Below, piece after piece: positions 8,850 to 17,806 of a DNA stretch of 64,000 nucleotides. The first letter of the stretch is position 1, and each line of letters opens with the position of its first letter. A model generated the notes under the pieces. That model was not told the DNA's origin. It ran no database searches and saw only the letters and a list, made by a program, of their open reading frames with translations. The stretch is from assembly GCA_965116805.1 (NCBI GenBank), contig OZ220713.1, positions 2,704,594-2,768,593 of the forward strand, given 5' to 3'. The DNA comes from Vicinamibacteria bacterium. GTDB lineage: Bacteria; Acidobacteriota; Vicinamibacteria; Marinacidobacterales; Marinacidobacteraceae. Position numbers and translations under genes: made by a program.

Positions 8850-10070
8850 CTATTCGACCACCTCGAAGGGAAGCCGGTTCACCGCCAGGCGGCCGTTCGA
8901 GACCACCGCCACCACGTCCTGGATCGCGGCGATGTTCTCCAGGGGGTCCTCCACCACCACGATGAGGTCCGCTTCCTTCCCCGGCTCGATCACGCCCGTC
9001 TCGTCGGCGATCCCGAGCAGTTCCGCGCTGTAGAGGGTCGCCCCCCGGATCGCCTCGATCGGGCTCAGCCCGACCTTCACGAAGTTCGCGACCTCCACCC
9101 CAATGCGGCTCACGCTCTCCGGGCCGTAGCTGGTGTCGCTCCCGGTAATCAGCCGAACGCCGAGTTCCTGCGCCATCCGCATCGTCTGCTCCATGCGGGG
9201 CACCATGAAGTCCGCCCGCAGGGTCAGCACCGGGTGGTCGTAGTCCCCGCCCGGTTCGTCGAGGTCGACGAGGGTGGTGTAGGTGGGAACGAGCGCGGTG
9301 CCCCGCTCCGCCATCAACTCGAGCGTCTCCCGGGTCAGGAAGGTGCCGTGCTCGATGCTCGCGACGCCGGCGAGCACCGCGGCGCGGGCGCCCTCGTCGC
9401 CGTGCGCGTGGCAGAGCACCGGAATGCCGAGCGCAGCGGCCTCCTCCACGATGGCCCGGAGCTGCGCCTCGGAAAAGACCTGCTTCCTCGGGTCGGTATC
9501 GGGCAAGCCGGCCCGCTCGGTGGCGCGGGTCTTGACCGCCCGGACGCCGTTCTCGGCGTTCACCCGCACCAGCATCCGGAGGTCCTCGTCACTGCGGATG
9601 TCGTCCGAGATCCCGTAGAGACTCTCGGACGCCAGCCGGGCTTCTCCGATGCGGGGGGTCACGAACACCCCGGCCCCGAGGTAGTCGGGGCCCGCCAGGT
9701 GCCCGGCCGCCACCATCCGGCCGATGGCGACGTCGCGGTAGGAGCCCACGCTCGCGCTCCGGAGCGTGGTCGCTCCCGATTCGAGCGCGCGCCGCACCTG
9801 GGAGAGCTGGGTCGCGTGGGTGTGGGCGTCGATGAATCCCGGGAGCACGAACTTGCCGGTGACGTCGAGGGTCTCGACGCCGGCCGGAGGCGCGTCGGCG
9901 CCCACCGCCAGGATCCGCCCGTCCCCGACGAGGACGTTCGCGCGGGACATGGTGCCTTCGCGGACGTCCAGAACGGTGCCGCCGACGAGCGCCAGATCCG
10001 GCTCCTGGGCGGCGGCGGGAAGCGCGATCCCGGCCGAGAGGGCGAGCGCGACGAGCAGGCGATGGGTCAT
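8850..10070 (-). CDS. Secreted amidohydrolase-family metal hydrolase (copy 2), about 85% identical to copy 1
   Basis: Start placed at MTHRLLV inside ORF 8850..11741(-). Same motifs as copy 1. Confidence 0.8.
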   Translation of the reverse strand: MTHRLLVALALSAGIALPAAAQEPDLALVGGTVLDVREGTMSRANVLVGDGRILAVGADAPPAGVETLDVTGKFVLPGFIDAHTHATQLSQVRRALESGATTLRSASVGSYRDVAIGRMVAAGHLAGPDYLGAGVFVTPRIGEARLASESLYGISDDIRSDEDLRMLVRVNAENGVRAVKTRATERAGLPDTDPRKQVFSEAQLRAIVEEAAALGIPVLCHAHGDEGARAAVLAGVASIEHGTFLTRETLELMAERGTALVPTYTTLVDLDEPGGDYDHPVLTLRADFMVPRMEQTMRMAQELGVRLITGSDTSYGPESVSRIGVEVANFVKVGLSPIEAIRGATLYSAELLGIADETGVIEPGKEADLIVVVEDPLENIAAIQDVVAVVSNGRLAVNRLPFEVVE

Positions 10071-10145
10071 GGGGAACCTCCGGGGCGGGAAAGTATCCCG
10101 CAGGCCTTTCCGTTTCCCCGGCAAACTGCCGTATCGTCGCCACGC

Positions 10146-10361
10146 ATGAAGCTGCGGCGCGACCCGCTGAGCCACCCCTGGCTCTTCGTGGTGATCGCGG
10201 CGCTCTACGCGTTCTCGATCCCGTGGTGGTTCGGCGCCGGGAGGCCCTCCATCGTCCTCGGACTGCCTTCCTGGGCGGTCATCTCCCTCGCCTGCACCTT
10301 CGCGGTGAGCTGCCTGGTTTCGTTCGCGGCCCGCCGGCTCTGGGACGACGGAAAGGACTGA
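10146..10361 (+). CDS. Small two-TM membrane protein, DUF3311-like symporter partner
   Basis: 71 aa, two hydrophobic helices, stop 6 nt before the symporter start. Family assignment is by recall only. Confidence 0.55.
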   Translation: MKLRRDPLSHPWLFVVIAALYAFSIPWWFGAGRPSIVLGLPSWAVISLACTFAVSCLVSFAARRLWDDGKD

Positions 10362-10367
10362 CGGCCC

Positions 10368-11819
10368 GTGGGATTCGGATCGGCCGTCGTCGCCGCCCTC
10401 GCCGCGTACATCGCGGTACTGGCGTTCCTCGGCCTGCGGGCCCGTGCCGCCCGCGCCTCGGAATCGCTGGCCGACTTCTATCTGGCCGGCCGCGGCCTGG
10501 GCGGCGTGGTGCTCCTCTTCACCCTCTACGCCACCCAGTACAGCGGCAACACCCTGGTGGGCTATCCCGGCGAGGCGTACCGCGTCGGGTTCCCCTGGGT
10601 GATGAGCGTCGGCTTCATGCTCGCCATCGTCGTGGTCTACCTGGTGATCGCGCCGCGGCTCCGCGCCGCCTCCGAGCGGCACCGGTTCGTGACGCCGGCG
10701 GACTGGCTCGACCACCGGTTCGGGCATCCCGGACTCACCCGGGTGACCAACCTGGTGATGGCGGCGGCCATCGCGAACTACCTGCTCGCCCAGCTCATGG
10801 CCATGGGGCACGTGGTGGCCGGGCTCTCGGACGGCGCCATCCCGTACGCGACCGGGGTGCTGGTGCTCACCGCGGCGATCCTCGGCTACGAACTCCTCGG
10901 CGGCCTGCGGGCGGTCGCCTGGACCGACTGTCTCCAGGGGATCCTGCTCGCGATCGGGCTCGGCGGGTTGCTGGCGGCGACCGTGTTCTCGGGCGAAGGC
11001 ATCGGTGAGGCCACCGCCTGGGTCCTCGACAACCAGCCGGCCAAGGCGTTCCGGCCCGACGCCGTCACGCAGGCCACCTGGGCCAGCACCCTGCTGCTGA
11101 TCGGGTTCTCGGGCGCCGTCTATCCCCAGGCCATCCAGCGCATCTTCGCCGCCCGGAGCGGGGCGTCGCTCCGCAAGGCGCTCTCGGTGCTCGCTTTCCT
11201 CCCCTTCCTCACCACCTTGCCGGTCTTCCTGGTGGGCATCCTGGCGCTCCCGCGGCTGAGCGGGCTGAGCGGGGTCGCCGCCGACCAGGTGTTGCCGGCG
11301 TTGCTCCGCGGCTGGGCGTCCGAGTCCGAGTGGATGTTCTGGATGTCCATCCTGACCGTGGTGGGTGTGGTCGCCGCCATCATGTCCACCGCCGATTCGG
11401 TGCTGCTCACCCTGTCCTCGATGCTCGCCAAGGACTTCGTGGCGCCGGTGCTCACCCGCCGCGGCGCGGCGGTGGAGGAGGCCCGCATCACCCGGATCGG
11501 AAAGGGCTTCTCGCTCGCCATCATGGGAGTGCTGGTCGCGATCGCCCTCACCCCTCGCATCAGCCTCTGGGGGCTCCTCGAACTCAAGATGGAGCTCCTG
11601 GTACAGGCCGCGCCGGTGTTCGTGCTCGGACTCACCTGGCCGAGGCTCTCGGCGAAGGCGGCGCTGGCGGGCGTGATCGGCGGCACCCTCCTGGCGGCCG
11701 GACTCACCCTCGCCGGCTACGGGAAGATCGCCGGGGTCCACGCCGGACTGCTGGGCGCGATCCTGAATGCCGGGATCGCCGTCGCCGGCTCGCTCGCCTC
11801 CCGCCCGCGGGGCGACTGA
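10368..11819 (+). CDS. Sodium:solute symporter (SSS family)
   Basis: 483 aa, about 13 TM segments, with SSS-family motifs (GRGLG.., SGNTLVGYPG). Confidence 0.85.
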   Translation: MGFGSAVVAALAAYIAVLAFLGLRARAARASESLADFYLAGRGLGGVVLLFTLYATQYSGNTLVGYPGEAYRVGFPWVMSVGFMLAIVVVYLVIAPRLRAASERHRFVTPADWLDHRFGHPGLTRVTNLVMAAAIANYLLAQLMAMGHVVAGLSDGAIPYATGVLVLTAAILGYELLGGLRAVAWTDCLQGILLAIGLGGLLAATVFSGEGIGEATAWVLDNQPAKAFRPDAVTQATWASTLLLIGFSGAVYPQAIQRIFAARSGASLRKALSVLAFLPFLTTLPVFLVGILALPRLSGLSGVAADQVLPALLRGWASESEWMFWMSILTVVGVVAAIMSTADSVLLTLSSMLAKDFVAPVLTRRGAAVEEARITRIGKGFSLAIMGVLVAIALTPRISLWGLLELKMELLVQAAPVFVLGLTWPRLSAKAALAGVIGGTLLAAGLTLAGYGKIAGVHAGLLGAILNAGIAVAGSLASRPRGD

Positions 11820-11834
11820 TCCGGCGCCCGGCCC

Positions 11835-12662
11835 CTAACCGCCGGCTACCTCGCGCCAGGCCCGCTCATAGACCTTCGCGCGCACGTCGAGATAGCCGGG
11901 GTACTGCCGCCGGGCCCGCTCGAGAGCGGCCCTCTCCAGAGTGACGATGGCGACCGGATCCGTGGTCTCGAGCAGCACCTCGCCCGCGGGGCCGGAGACC
12001 ATCGACGGTCCGCCGATCACTCCCCCCGACCGGGCGGCGGGGCGGTTCACCGACACCACCCAGGCGCAACTGGTCACCGCGTCCGCACACAGCACGAGCC
12101 GCCAGCGCGGATAGCTCTCCGCGGGCGTCGCGCGCGGCACCAGGATCACCTCGGCCCCCATCGCCGCGAGCGAGTTACAGCCCTGGGGCCGGTTGGCGTC
12201 CGAACACACCTGCACGCCGATCCCGAATCCGCCGACCTCCACCGGCGGGTGCAGGCGGTCGCCCGGCTCGTAGTGGTGCGCCTCCCAGTACCCCTCCTCG
12301 TCGGGAAGGTGGATCTTCCGGTAGCGCAGCCGCTCCTCGCCGGCGGAATCGAGGAGCAGGGCGGTGTTGTGCCGGCGGCCGCTCGCCGGTTCGCGCACGA
12401 TCGCGCCTCCGAGCACGGCGAGCCCCGCCGCCCGGGCCACCGCCGCGAGCGCGTCCGCGCGGGGTCCGCCGGGAGGCTCGGCATCGGCGTCCGACGGCGT
12501 GCGGGTCGCCGGCGCCCACCGGTTCAGCGGCAGTTCGGGGAGCACCGCGAGCTGCGCCCCCCGGGCCCGCGCGTCGTGAAGCCGCGCCAGCAGGCGCTCG
12601 TGCTCCCCCGGCTCGGGAAAGACGTCGGTGATGAGGGCGAGGGTGAGAGACCGCGGGTTCAC
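11835..12662 (-). CDS. Carbon-nitrogen hydrolase family protein (nitrilase/amidase superfamily)
   Basis: 'LAVLPEL' region, catalytic-Cys region 'VQVCSD', 275 aa, GTG start. Confidence 0.75.
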   Translation of the reverse strand: MNPRSLTLALITDVFPEPGEHERLLARLHDARARGAQLAVLPELPLNRWAPATRTPSDADAEPPGGPRADALAAVARAAGLAVLGGAIVREPASGRRHNTALLLDSAGEERLRYRKIHLPDEEGYWEAHHYEPGDRLHPPVEVGGFGIGVQVCSDANRPQGCNSLAAMGAEVILVPRATPAESYPRWRLVLCADAVTSCAWVVSVNRPAARSGGVIGGPSMVSGPAGEVLLETTDPVAIVTLERAALERARRQYPGYLDVRAKVYERAWREVAGG

Positions 12663-12683
12663 CCTTCGCCTCCGGCCCGCCCG

Positions 12684-14618
12684 CTACTCGGCCGGCTGGA
12701 GCGGAAGGAGGAGCGCGGACGGACGTTCGGCCGCGTGGTGGATCACGTTCTCGGCCGGGACCATGCGGGTGTGACGGCCGAGCGGCTCGCCGGTGTTGGG
12801 GTTCGGATCGAAGCGCGGGAAGTTCGAGCTCGAGATCTCCAGACGGATCCGGTGGCCGGCCCCGAACCGGTTCGCGGTGGGGAAGAGGGTGATCTCCAGC
12901 TCGTAGATTTCCCCGGGAGTCATCAGCGATTCGGACTCCCGGGAGTCCCGGTAGCGGGCCCGCAGGATGCCGTCGGTGACGTTGAGATCGAAGCCCTCGG
13001 GGAAGTCCTCGCTCGGGGGATGGACGTCCACCAGCTTGGCGGTGAAGTCGGTGTCCGGGGCGCTCGAGGACACCCAGAGCCTCGCCGACACGGGCCCGAT
13101 GACCTCGACGTCTTCGGCGAGCGGTTCGGTCTCGAACACCAGCACGTCGCTGCGGTCGGCGGTCCGCCGGCCGTCCACTTGGGAACCGAAGAAGCCGTTC
13201 TCCGAACCGCCGGAGAGCGACCGGAAGGTCCGCTCGCGCTGGTCGTAGCCCCCCCGTTTCAGCGCGCCCGAGAAGGCGCCGCCGATCGTGGGGACCGGGT
13301 GTTCGGGATCGTAGGTGTACGTCGACGACCCTTCGTCCTCATCCGGCGCCTCCGGGGTCAGGCCGCCCCCGGCGCGCAGGTGGAACGGCGTCACTTCGGT
13401 TCCTTCGAGCGGCCAGGTGGCCGCGGTCCGCCACGCGCCGCCGTGGAAGAGCCGGCCGCTGTCGTCCCGGTGGCCGTCGCCGCCACCCATCACGAACAGG
13501 GTCACCGCGCCCGGCGTCTCCAGCCGGCCGTCCGCGAACGGCGCGAAGGCGCCCTGCCCCTTCAGGCGGGCGTCGAACCAGCGCAGGTGGAACTCGCGGG
13601 CGAAGTCCTCGATCGCGGCCGACTCGCCGAACTCGATGTCGCCGGCGTAGGAACGGCTGTTGCCTCCGTGGGTCCACGGTCCCATGACGAGGGTCATGGG
13701 GGCCGACTTGACCCGGGAAAGCTCGAGGAAGCTCTGGATGGTGCCGGGAGCGTAGGAGTCGTACCAGCCGCCGACGTGGAGCATCGGGATGTCCGAACTC
13801 GCCTCGTAGTACTCGGCCCAGTTGCGGCCGATGCCCCGGAAGTAGTCGTCGTAGTCCCCGTGGTTCTGCATCTCGAGGTAGTAGTCCTCGAAGTTCGGGG
13901 CGGCGGACAGGGGGTTCTCGCCCTTCCGGAACGGCGTGTCCGGGAACCAGTCGGCGGGGCCTTCCGCTTCCAGCCGGGCCCGGACGCTCGGCTCGTCGGT
14001 CACCGCGGCGAGCTGGCTGTGCGCCCAGCCGAGCTGCTGGCCCAGCTCGAAGGCGCCGTGATTGCGCACCTTGTGGGTCCAGGCGTCCGACAGGCCGCCC
14101 ATCGTCAGCACCAGCGTCTCGAGACCCGGCGGGCTCAGCTTCGCCGCGTCGGCCTGGGTGTGGGCGCCGTACGACGTGCCCCACATCCCCACCGACGGCA
14201 GCGCGTAGTCGAGACCGGTGATCCACTCGATGGTGTCGAAGCCGTCGGGCGCGTCGAACTCGTGGTACTTCTGGAAGAGCCCCTCCGAGAAGTAGAGGCC
14301 GCGCATGTCCTGGACGACGACCACGTAGCCGTGGGAGGCGAACCAGCGCGCCTGCCCGGCGAGACGCTCGGACGCCTTGTTGTACGGCGTCCGGTGCAGC
14401 AGCACCGGGAAGCGTTCGTCCACCGGCGTCCCGTCGCGGCCCGGGCGATAGACGTCGGTCGCGAGCCGCACCTCGTCGCGCATGGGGACCATGAAGTTCT
14501 CTTCGACCTGGATCGCCTCGTAGGGCGGCGCGGCGCTCGGGCCCGGATCCGGAGCGTCCCCGGTCCCGCACGCGGCGAGAGCGGCGGCGCCCACGAGGAC
14601 CAGACAGCGGAGGTTCAT
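12684..14618 (-). CDS. CocE/NonD-family (S15 X-Pro dipeptidyl-peptidase-like) hydrolase, lipoprotein
   Basis: 'LHRTPYNK', 'VVVQDMRG' and 'GTSYGA' nucleophile-elbow motifs. Lipobox 'LAACG'. Confidence 0.8.
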   Translation of the reverse strand: MNLRCLVLVGAAALAACGTGDAPDPGPSAAPPYEAIQVEENFMVPMRDEVRLATDVYRPGRDGTPVDERFPVLLHRTPYNKASERLAGQARWFASHGYVVVVQDMRGLYFSEGLFQKYHEFDAPDGFDTIEWITGLDYALPSVGMWGTSYGAHTQADAAKLSPPGLETLVLTMGGLSDAWTHKVRNHGAFELGQQLGWAHSQLAAVTDEPSVRARLEAEGPADWFPDTPFRKGENPLSAAPNFEDYYLEMQNHGDYDDYFRGIGRNWAEYYEASSDIPMLHVGGWYDSYAPGTIQSFLELSRVKSAPMTLVMGPWTHGGNSRSYAGDIEFGESAAIEDFAREFHLRWFDARLKGQGAFAPFADGRLETPGAVTLFVMGGGDGHRDDSGRLFHGGAWRTAATWPLEGTEVTPFHLRAGGGLTPEAPDEDEGSSTYTYDPEHPVPTIGGAFSGALKRGGYDQRERTFRSLSGGSENGFFGSQVDGRRTADRSDVLVFETEPLAEDVEVIGPVSARLWVSSSAPDTDFTAKLVDVHPPSEDFPEGFDLNVTDGILRARYRDSRESESLMTPGEIYELEITLFPTANRFGAGHRIRLEISSSNFPRFDPNPNTGEPLGRHTRMVPAENVIHHAAERPSALLLPLQPAE

Positions 14619-16012
14619 GCCGGGGCTCCGGCGGGAGCACCCGCGAGGGCGCCGGCGAGATCGCTCACGCGCGGCGCCTCGTCCACCCGTTCGACCTGCA
14701 GGAGCGTCTCTTCGATCCGCTCCGGGGGGAGCGCGCCGGCGGCGCAGTCGCGGAACTTCGCCCGCAGCTCCTCCCGGGTGAGCGGCCGCTCCGGACCACC
14801 CGGATAGACGCCGGCCTCGACGGTGAGCACCGAACCGTTCCGGAGCGTCACGTCCATCGCGCTCCGCATCCGGTCGTAGCCCCGGGCGTCGATGTCGGGA
14901 TCGAACTCCACCGCGACCCGCCGCATCATCTCCACGACCTCGGGGGAGCGGACGAAGTCGTCCGAGAACTCGGCGAGCCCGACCCGGCGGCGGAGGACCG
15001 CGCTCGCGAGCAGGAACGGGACCGAGAACTTCCCTTCGAGGGCGTTTTGGGGATCGAGGTAGCGGAGCGGATTGAGGATGTTCCGACCGGCCCGGAACGT
15101 GATCCGGTCGATGTCACTCGGAGCCAGATCCCGCGTTCGGACGAGTTCCAGAAGCGCGGCGAGGCTCGGGTGGCTGAGGCTGCCGCAGGGGAACATCTTC
15201 ACCGAGACGCCGGGATCGAGGAGCGTGTAGGGATTCCCGAGGTTCAGCCGTTCCGGGTCGAAACCGCCCCCGAACACCCGGAAGAAGCCCCACGGCGCCT
15301 CGAGCGCGTCGTGGCCCGAGGTGTAGCCCCGCGCCGCGAGATCCACCGCGAGGATCCCGTTCTCCGCCGCCCGGCCGGCGTGGAGCGGTTTCGTCATGGT
15401 GCCGAAGCCCAGCCGGATCCCGGACGCGAGGCTCGCGGTGATCCCGAGCGCCATGGCCAGCTCTCCCCGGGTCAGCCCGGCCAGCTTCGCCGCCGTGGCC
15501 GCCGCCCCCATGGCGCCCACGGTCGCCGTCGAATGGAATCCCTCCATGTAGTGACACGGATGGATGGCCTCGGAAATCTTGCACTCCACCTCGAAGCCGA
15601 TCAGGAACGCCTCGAGGAGCTCGGCGCCGGTGGCGCCCTCGCGCTCGGCCACCGCGAGGCCCGCGGCGAGCGGCGCCACCGTGGGATGGGTCAGCAACCC
15701 GAAGATCCGGTCCGGCGCGTTCGAGAGCTGGGTGTCGTCGAAGTCCGGTGCGTGACCCGCGGTTCCGTTGGCGCGCGCCGCCAGGGAGGCGGGCGCCCGG
15801 AGGCCGGCGGGACCGAGGATCGCCGCTTCGGGACTCCCACCCTGGGAGGCAATCTGCTCCTGAACGATCCGGGAGCAGTCGTCGGTGGAGCCGGCGAGCA
15901 TGACGCCCACGCCGTCGGTGACGCAGCGCCGGCCTTCGGCGAGAAGCTCGCCGGGAAGATCCTCGATCGTGGTGTCGAGAATGAAATCGATGACGGCGAC
16001 AGTCGCGCTCAC
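14615..16012 (-). CDS. MmgE/PrpD-family protein (2-methylcitrate dehydratase-like)
   Basis: 465 aa matching PrpD-family sequence along its whole length. GTG start. 4-nt overlap with the CocE-like gene. Confidence 0.8.
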   Translation of the reverse strand: MSATVAVIDFILDTTIEDLPGELLAEGRRCVTDGVGVMLAGSTDDCSRIVQEQIASQGGSPEAAILGPAGLRAPASLAARANGTAGHAPDFDDTQLSNAPDRIFGLLTHPTVAPLAAGLAVAEREGATGAELLEAFLIGFEVECKISEAIHPCHYMEGFHSTATVGAMGAAATAAKLAGLTRGELAMALGITASLASGIRLGFGTMTKPLHAGRAAENGILAVDLAARGYTSGHDALEAPWGFFRVFGGGFDPERLNLGNPYTLLDPGVSVKMFPCGSLSHPSLAALLELVRTRDLAPSDIDRITFRAGRNILNPLRYLDPQNALEGKFSVPFLLASAVLRRRVGLAEFSDDFVRSPEVVEMMRRVAVEFDPDIDARGYDRMRSAMDVTLRNGSVLTVEAGVYPGGPERPLTREELRAKFRDCAAGALPPERIEETLLQVERVDEAPRVSDLAGALAGAPAGAPA

Positions 16013-16139
16013 GGCGGTTCCTTTCTTCGTCGGTGGGGGCGGCCGCGCAGCGCTGGCCCCGGCTGCAAAGGGCTTCGCAGAATAGCAAAGCGCCGGAGGT
16101 TCCCGAAGCGGCTATGCGACGACGCGGCATCGCTCCATA

Positions 16140-16167
16140 TGTCAGATATTCGCTATTATTTCTGACA
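16140..16167 (+). promoter_or_regulatory. Candidate abiE operator: inverted repeat TGTCAGA-N14-TCTGACA overlapping the promoter, ending 3 nt before the abiEi ATG
   Basis: Perfect 7-bp dyad in an AT-rich stretch (tattcgctattatt). AbiEi-type regulators are known to autoregulate via promoter inverted repeats. Confidence 0.5.
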
Positions 16168-16170
16168 TTC

Positions 16171-16782
16171 ATGAACCTCCTCCGACCCGGCAGCATCCCG
16201 AACCGCATCATGGAACGCGCGGAAGCCCTGCCCGAGGCGACGCCGATCTGCCCGAACGCGCTGCTTGACCTGGGGAACCGCGCCGCCGTGGACCAGGCGC
16301 TCTCCCGGCTGGTTCGGGAAGGGCGGCTCGACCGGATCTTCCCCGGCATCTATATGCGTCCGATCGAGACTCGCTTCGGGCTGCGTTCCCCTGATCTTGC
16401 GAAGTCGCTCCAGGCCCTTGCGGAACTCTGGGGAGAGGTCATCGTCCCGCACGGCGGAGCCTCGGCCAACGTTCTCGGGCTCACGACACAGAACCAGGTA
16501 GTCCCGACCTGCCTCACTTCCGGTCCGGATCGGACGCTGCGTTTCGGCGCGCGAAGGGTTCTGCTGATTCACGCACCGCGGTGGCAACTGACCCTGCCGC
16601 ATCGTCCGGCCGGAGTGGTGATTCGGGCTCTGTACTGGCTGGGCCGGGAGCGGGTCCGGGAGAACCTCAGGCAAGTCTTGGCCCGACTTGGCGCCAGGGA
16701 TCGTGCTGACCTCCGGGAGGCGCTCCCCATCCTGCCGATCTGGATGGCGGAAGCGTTCACGGCGGAACTGGCCAATGGCTGA
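16171..16782 (+). CDS. abiEi: AbiEi-family antitoxin/transcriptional regulator
   Basis: N-terminal 'LLRPGSIPNRIMERAEALPE...LDLGNRAAVDQALSRLVREGRLDRIFPGIY' winged-helix typical of AbiEi. Start placed at the internal ATG. Confidence 0.75.
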   Translation: MNLLRPGSIPNRIMERAEALPEATPICPNALLDLGNRAAVDQALSRLVREGRLDRIFPGIYMRPIETRFGLRSPDLAKSLQALAELWGEVIVPHGGASANVLGLTTQNQVVPTCLTSGPDRTLRFGARRVLLIHAPRWQLTLPHRPAGVVIRALYWLGRERVRENLRQVLARLGARDRADLREALPILPIWMAEAFTAELANG

Positions 16783-17794
16783 CCTGCGCTTTTCACGCCT
16801 TTCGCCGGTCGAGCGAACCGAGGCCCTCAGGACCGCGGTTCGGTCCGTACCGAGGGGCGCGGAGTACCTGCTGGAGAAAGACGTCTGGGTGGTCGCGACC
16901 ATCGAATCCCTGTTTTCAGCACCGTTCGCCGACGATCTGGTCTTCAAGGGCGGAACGTCACTCTCGAAGGCCTGGGGCGTAATCGAGCGCTTCTCGGAGG
17001 ACGTGGACGTGACCTACGACATTCGCGCCATCGCCCCGGACCTGGTTTCCGGCGCCGGACCCGAAGCGCTGCCACCGACGCGCAGCCAGGAACAGAGGTG
17101 GACGAAAGCCATCCGCACCCGGCTGGCCGACTGGGTACGGCACGAAGCCCGGAACGCAATCGAAGGCGGCCTGCGGCGCGCCAGAATGGACGCGCGGGCA
17201 GAGGTTGATGGAGACCGGGTCTACGTGCACTACGACCCTCTGTTCCGCGACTATGGCTTCGTCCGTCCGATGGTCATCGTGGAGTTCGGAGCGCGCTCAA
17301 CCGGAGAGCCACACGAGGTCCGGACGATTCGGTGCGATGCCGCTCCACTCCTGCCGCAGATCTCCTTTCCCGAAGCCCGACCGAAGGTGATGTTGGCCGA
17401 GCGGACTTTCTGGGAGAAGGCAACCGCGATGCACGTCTTCTGCAAGCGGGAACGGGGACGGGGTGATCGCCTGACCCGGCACTGGTACGACCTGGTCCGG
17501 CTCGACCGCGCCGGATTTGCGGAAAGGGCAATGGCCGACCGCGACCTGGCCGCGAAGGTCGCCCGTCACAAGTCCATTTTCTTCAGGGAAAAGGACGTCA
17601 CGGGGAACTGGATTTCCTATGAGAAGGCGGTCACCGGCAAGCTCCAACTGGTGCCATCGGGCTCTGGCCACGAAATGCTGGCGGCGGACTACCGCTCCAT
17701 GGTCCAGGCCCGCATGCTCCCCGACGACGCGGAGCCCTTCGAAGACCTCATGGACGCCTGCGCCGACCTCGAGCGGCGGGCCAACCGCCGCTGA
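16775..17794 (+). CDS. abiEii: AbiEii/AbiGii-family nucleotidyltransferase toxin
   Basis: Glycine-rich nucleotide-binding region 'FKGGTSLSKAWGVIERFSEDVDV'. Overlaps the abiEi stop (ATGGCTGA). Confidence 0.8.
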   Translation: MADLRFSRLSPVERTEALRTAVRSVPRGAEYLLEKDVWVVATIESLFSAPFADDLVFKGGTSLSKAWGVIERFSEDVDVTYDIRAIAPDLVSGAGPEALPPTRSQEQRWTKAIRTRLADWVRHEARNAIEGGLRRARMDARAEVDGDRVYVHYDPLFRDYGFVRPMVIVEFGARSTGEPHEVRTIRCDAAPLLPQISFPEARPKVMLAERTFWEKATAMHVFCKRERGRGDRLTRHWYDLVRLDRAGFAERAMADRDLAAKVARHKSIFFREKDVTGNWISYEKAVTGKLQLVPSGSGHEMLAADYRSMVQARMLPDDAEPFEDLMDACADLERRANRR

Positions 17795-17806
17795 CGGACC
17801 CGACGC

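Noticed and set aside
6934-10361. Two long plus-strand ORFs (6934..8820 and 8817..10361)
   Set aside because: Antisense to the two amidohydrolase paralogues and low-complexity. Only their 3' ends contain real genes in that frame (PPIase 8164..8820; small membrane protein 10146..10361).
12249-14807. 852-aa plus-strand ORF
   Set aside because: Antisense shadow of the CocE/NonD and C-N hydrolase genes, with a Gly/Arg/Pro/Val-rich nonsense composition.
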